DNA of 64,000 bases from a bacterium (GTDB lineage Bacteria > Myxococcota_A > Bradymonadia > UBA7976 > UBA1532). Numbering within the stretch: the stretch's first letter is position 1; every line of letters starts with the position of its first letter. Shown here one piece after another: positions 62,497 through 64,000 of this stretch. Where the stretch lies: contig JAUHXC010000011.1 of the NCBI GenBank assembly GCA_030427205.1, forward strand, positions 172,016 to 236,015, given 5' to 3'. A program made the translations under genes and the position numbers. The notes beneath the pieces were generated by a model that worked only from the letters and a program-made list of their open reading frames with translations, searched no databases and was not told where the DNA came from.

Positions 62497-63291
62497 ATGT
62501 CGGCCCTGCGCTCGTCCTGGCTCGTCATCGTCGCCGCGGTCGTCGTCGGCGTCTTGTTCTGGTTCCGCCCCGGCGGCATCGACGGGCCGCAGCCCGACGC
62601 GGTGCCGGTGGACGGCAAGGGCTTCCCCCACGATGGCCTGACCGCCGTGCTGCAGAGCGCGGTCGGCGACGACGGCCTGGTGGACTACGGGGCGCTCGTG
62701 GCCGACCCCGCGCCGCTCGACCGCTACCTGGGCCAGCTGCGCGCGGTGGGGCCGGCCAACGCCCCCCACCGCTTCAAGACCGGCGACGACCGGCTGGCGT
62801 ATTACCTCAACGCCTACAACGCCTTCGTGCTCGCCGCGATCCGCGACGCCTGCCCGGTGGTCGACGCCCATACGATGTATGCCGGCGGCGGGCTGTTCTG
62901 GCGGGTGGAGTTCTTGATGGGCGGCGAGGCGATCACGCTGAGCACCCTCGAGAGCGAGCTGATCCGCGGCGTCGCCGAGCGCGACCCGGCGGTGCGCTTC
63001 GCCCTGGTCAAGGGCACGAAGGGCCTGCCGTTCTTCCGCCGGGCGGCCTATACCGCCGACGGGGTGCGCGCCGAGCTGAAGGCCACCGCCGAGGCGGCCC
63101 TCGCCGACCCGCGCATCGCAAAGCGCGAGGGCGATACGCTGTCGCTGACCGCGCTGTTCAAGGACTACGCCGTCGACTTCGGCGCCGACGTCGCCGGCTG
63201 GATTCGCCAGATCCGGCCGGCGCTGGTGGAGGGGGATCCGACGATCACCCACCACGGCTTCGACGGCGCGCTCAACGGGCGCTGCCCCTGA
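62497..63291 (+). CDS. membrane-anchored DUF547-family protein
   Basis: ATG 62497 after GAGGAGG; N-terminal TM LRSSWLVIVAAVVVGVLFWF; AYYLNAYNAFVL motif characteristic of DUF547. Confidence 0.55.
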   Translation: MSALRSSWLVIVAAVVVGVLFWFRPGGIDGPQPDAVPVDGKGFPHDGLTAVLQSAVGDDGLVDYGALVADPAPLDRYLGQLRAVGPANAPHRFKTGDDRLAYYLNAYNAFVLAAIRDACPVVDAHTMYAGGGLFWRVEFLMGGEAITLSTLESELIRGVAERDPAVRFALVKGTKGLPFFRRAAYTADGVRAELKATAEAALADPRIAKREGDTLSLTALFKDYAVDFGADVAGWIRQIRPALVEGDPTITHHGFDGALNGRCP

Positions 63292-63352
63292 GCCATGACC
63301 CGTACCGCGCACGGTCTGCCGCAGGCGACCGAGCGCGGATCGCGGTAGTGGG

Positions 63353-63691
63353 CTAGTTTGAATCGCCGCCTGGCTCGGCCTCGTCGCCGATGGCCAAAAG
63401 CGTCGCCTCTTTGACGCTCCCGCTTGCTCCGTCATCCTCATCGGGCAGCGGCTCGAACAACTCCTGAACGTCAATCAGCAGAGCGTCGGCGAGGTTCGCC
63501 AGGGTGCCGACGAAGAAGTCGTTGGTGGGCGAGTCGTTCAGGATCCGGTGGACGGTGACCTTGGAGACGCCAGCCCTGCGGGCGAGCCGGGCGATGGGTA
63601 TGCCCGTTTCCTCAATGCGGGCAGCGAGCCGCTTTCTGACGCGGGCGATGACGCGGTCGCTGGGGCGTGGGGGTGAGGGCATGTAGGACAT
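63353..63691 (-). CDS. XRE-family helix-turn-helix transcriptional regulator
   Basis: IPIARLARRAGVSKVTVHRILNDSPTNDFFVGTLANLADAL (HTH_XRE-like). Confidence 0.6.
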   Translation of the reverse strand: MSYMPSPPRPSDRVIARVRKRLAARIEETGIPIARLARRAGVSKVTVHRILNDSPTNDFFVGTLANLADALLIDVQELFEPLPDEDDGASGSVKEATLLAIGDEAEPGGDSN

Positions 63692-63805
63692 GATACGGGC
63701 TCCTCCGGTCGGCTGTCAGCGGGCACATGAATGTGCAACGTATAGTTGCACTCATGCAACCGTGCTCGTTACGCTCAGGGGCACACCACCAGTGAGGGGG
63801 ACGCC

Positions 63806-64000
63806 ATGCCGACGGCAGCCGTGCCGGCGCTACATCTGCGCCAACAGATCACCGACATCTATCTGGCCGCGAAACCGCCACCGGGCGGGCATCGGGCGAC
63901 ATGGTTCGTGGCCGCACTCAAGCGTGAGCCGGACCGCGAGGACTTCCACGCCATGGCGCGGGACTTCCTCGCCGTGGTCGACCTGTATCGGCGCCTCGTG
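63806..64000 (+). CDS. hypothetical protein (3' end outside window)
   Basis: ATG 63806 after GTGAGGGGGA RBS; ORF runs to window end. Confidence 0.4.
   Translation, partial: MPTAAVPALHLRQQITDIYLAAKPPPGGHRATWFVAALKREPDREDFHAMARDFLAVVDLYRRLV

Overview
The window is a very GC-rich, gene-dense chromosomal segment. Codon third positions are almost always G/C, and the sequence contains Hanks kinases, PEGA domains, CHAT and caspase-like proteins and MopE-like Cys repeats, which together suggest a myxobacterium-like deltaproteobacterium (inference only). About 60 protein genes and 10 tRNAs can be supported.

The core backbone is conserved: ffh and gpsA; prmC; amidase-rph-rdgB; a seven-tRNA cluster (Pro, Arg, His, Arg, Lys, Lys, Leu); tig-clpP-clpX-lon; tRNA-Val and tRNA-Asp; ftsK; trm112-like; rsmA-tsaD; and a UvrD-like helicase. 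Accessory and regulatory genes lie between these blocks. No CRISPR array, rRNA, transposase or integrase is visible.

The candidate I consider most interesting is a pair of divergent operons at roughly 11.0-22.9 kb. On the minus strand: Ser/Thr kinase, then a secreted TPR+CHAT caspase-like protease, then a transmembrane anti-sigma factor, then an ECF sigma factor, then an OmpR-type response regulator. The last four genes are linked by 4-bp overlaps or a 37-bp gap. On the plus strand: lipoprotein, then two paralogous peptidase-C14 (caspase) proteins, then a translationally coupled lipoprotein. A PP2C phosphatase and a TPR-glycosyltransferase pair converge on the minus-strand operon. This looks like a regulated-proteolysis / sigma-factor signalling module built around caspase-superfamily proteases.

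Other notable items:
- a second ECF sigma / anti-sigma / CpxP-Spy (LTXXQ) operon next to a His-rich exported SAM-methyltransferase lipoprotein;
- a transmembrane response regulator (REC + DUF4388-like + TM + TPR);
- an ECF sigma followed by a DUF547 membrane protein instead of an anti-sigma;
- a trigger factor with a His/Asp-repeat tail and an Ffh with a long polybasic tail;
- an acidic tandem-repeat lipoprotein and a MopE-like Cys-repeat lipoprotein;
- an intergenic direct-repeat element with stacked terminators between tRNA-Asp and ftsK.

Many long six-frame ORFs are antisense or out-of-frame artefacts of the high GC content and were rejected.
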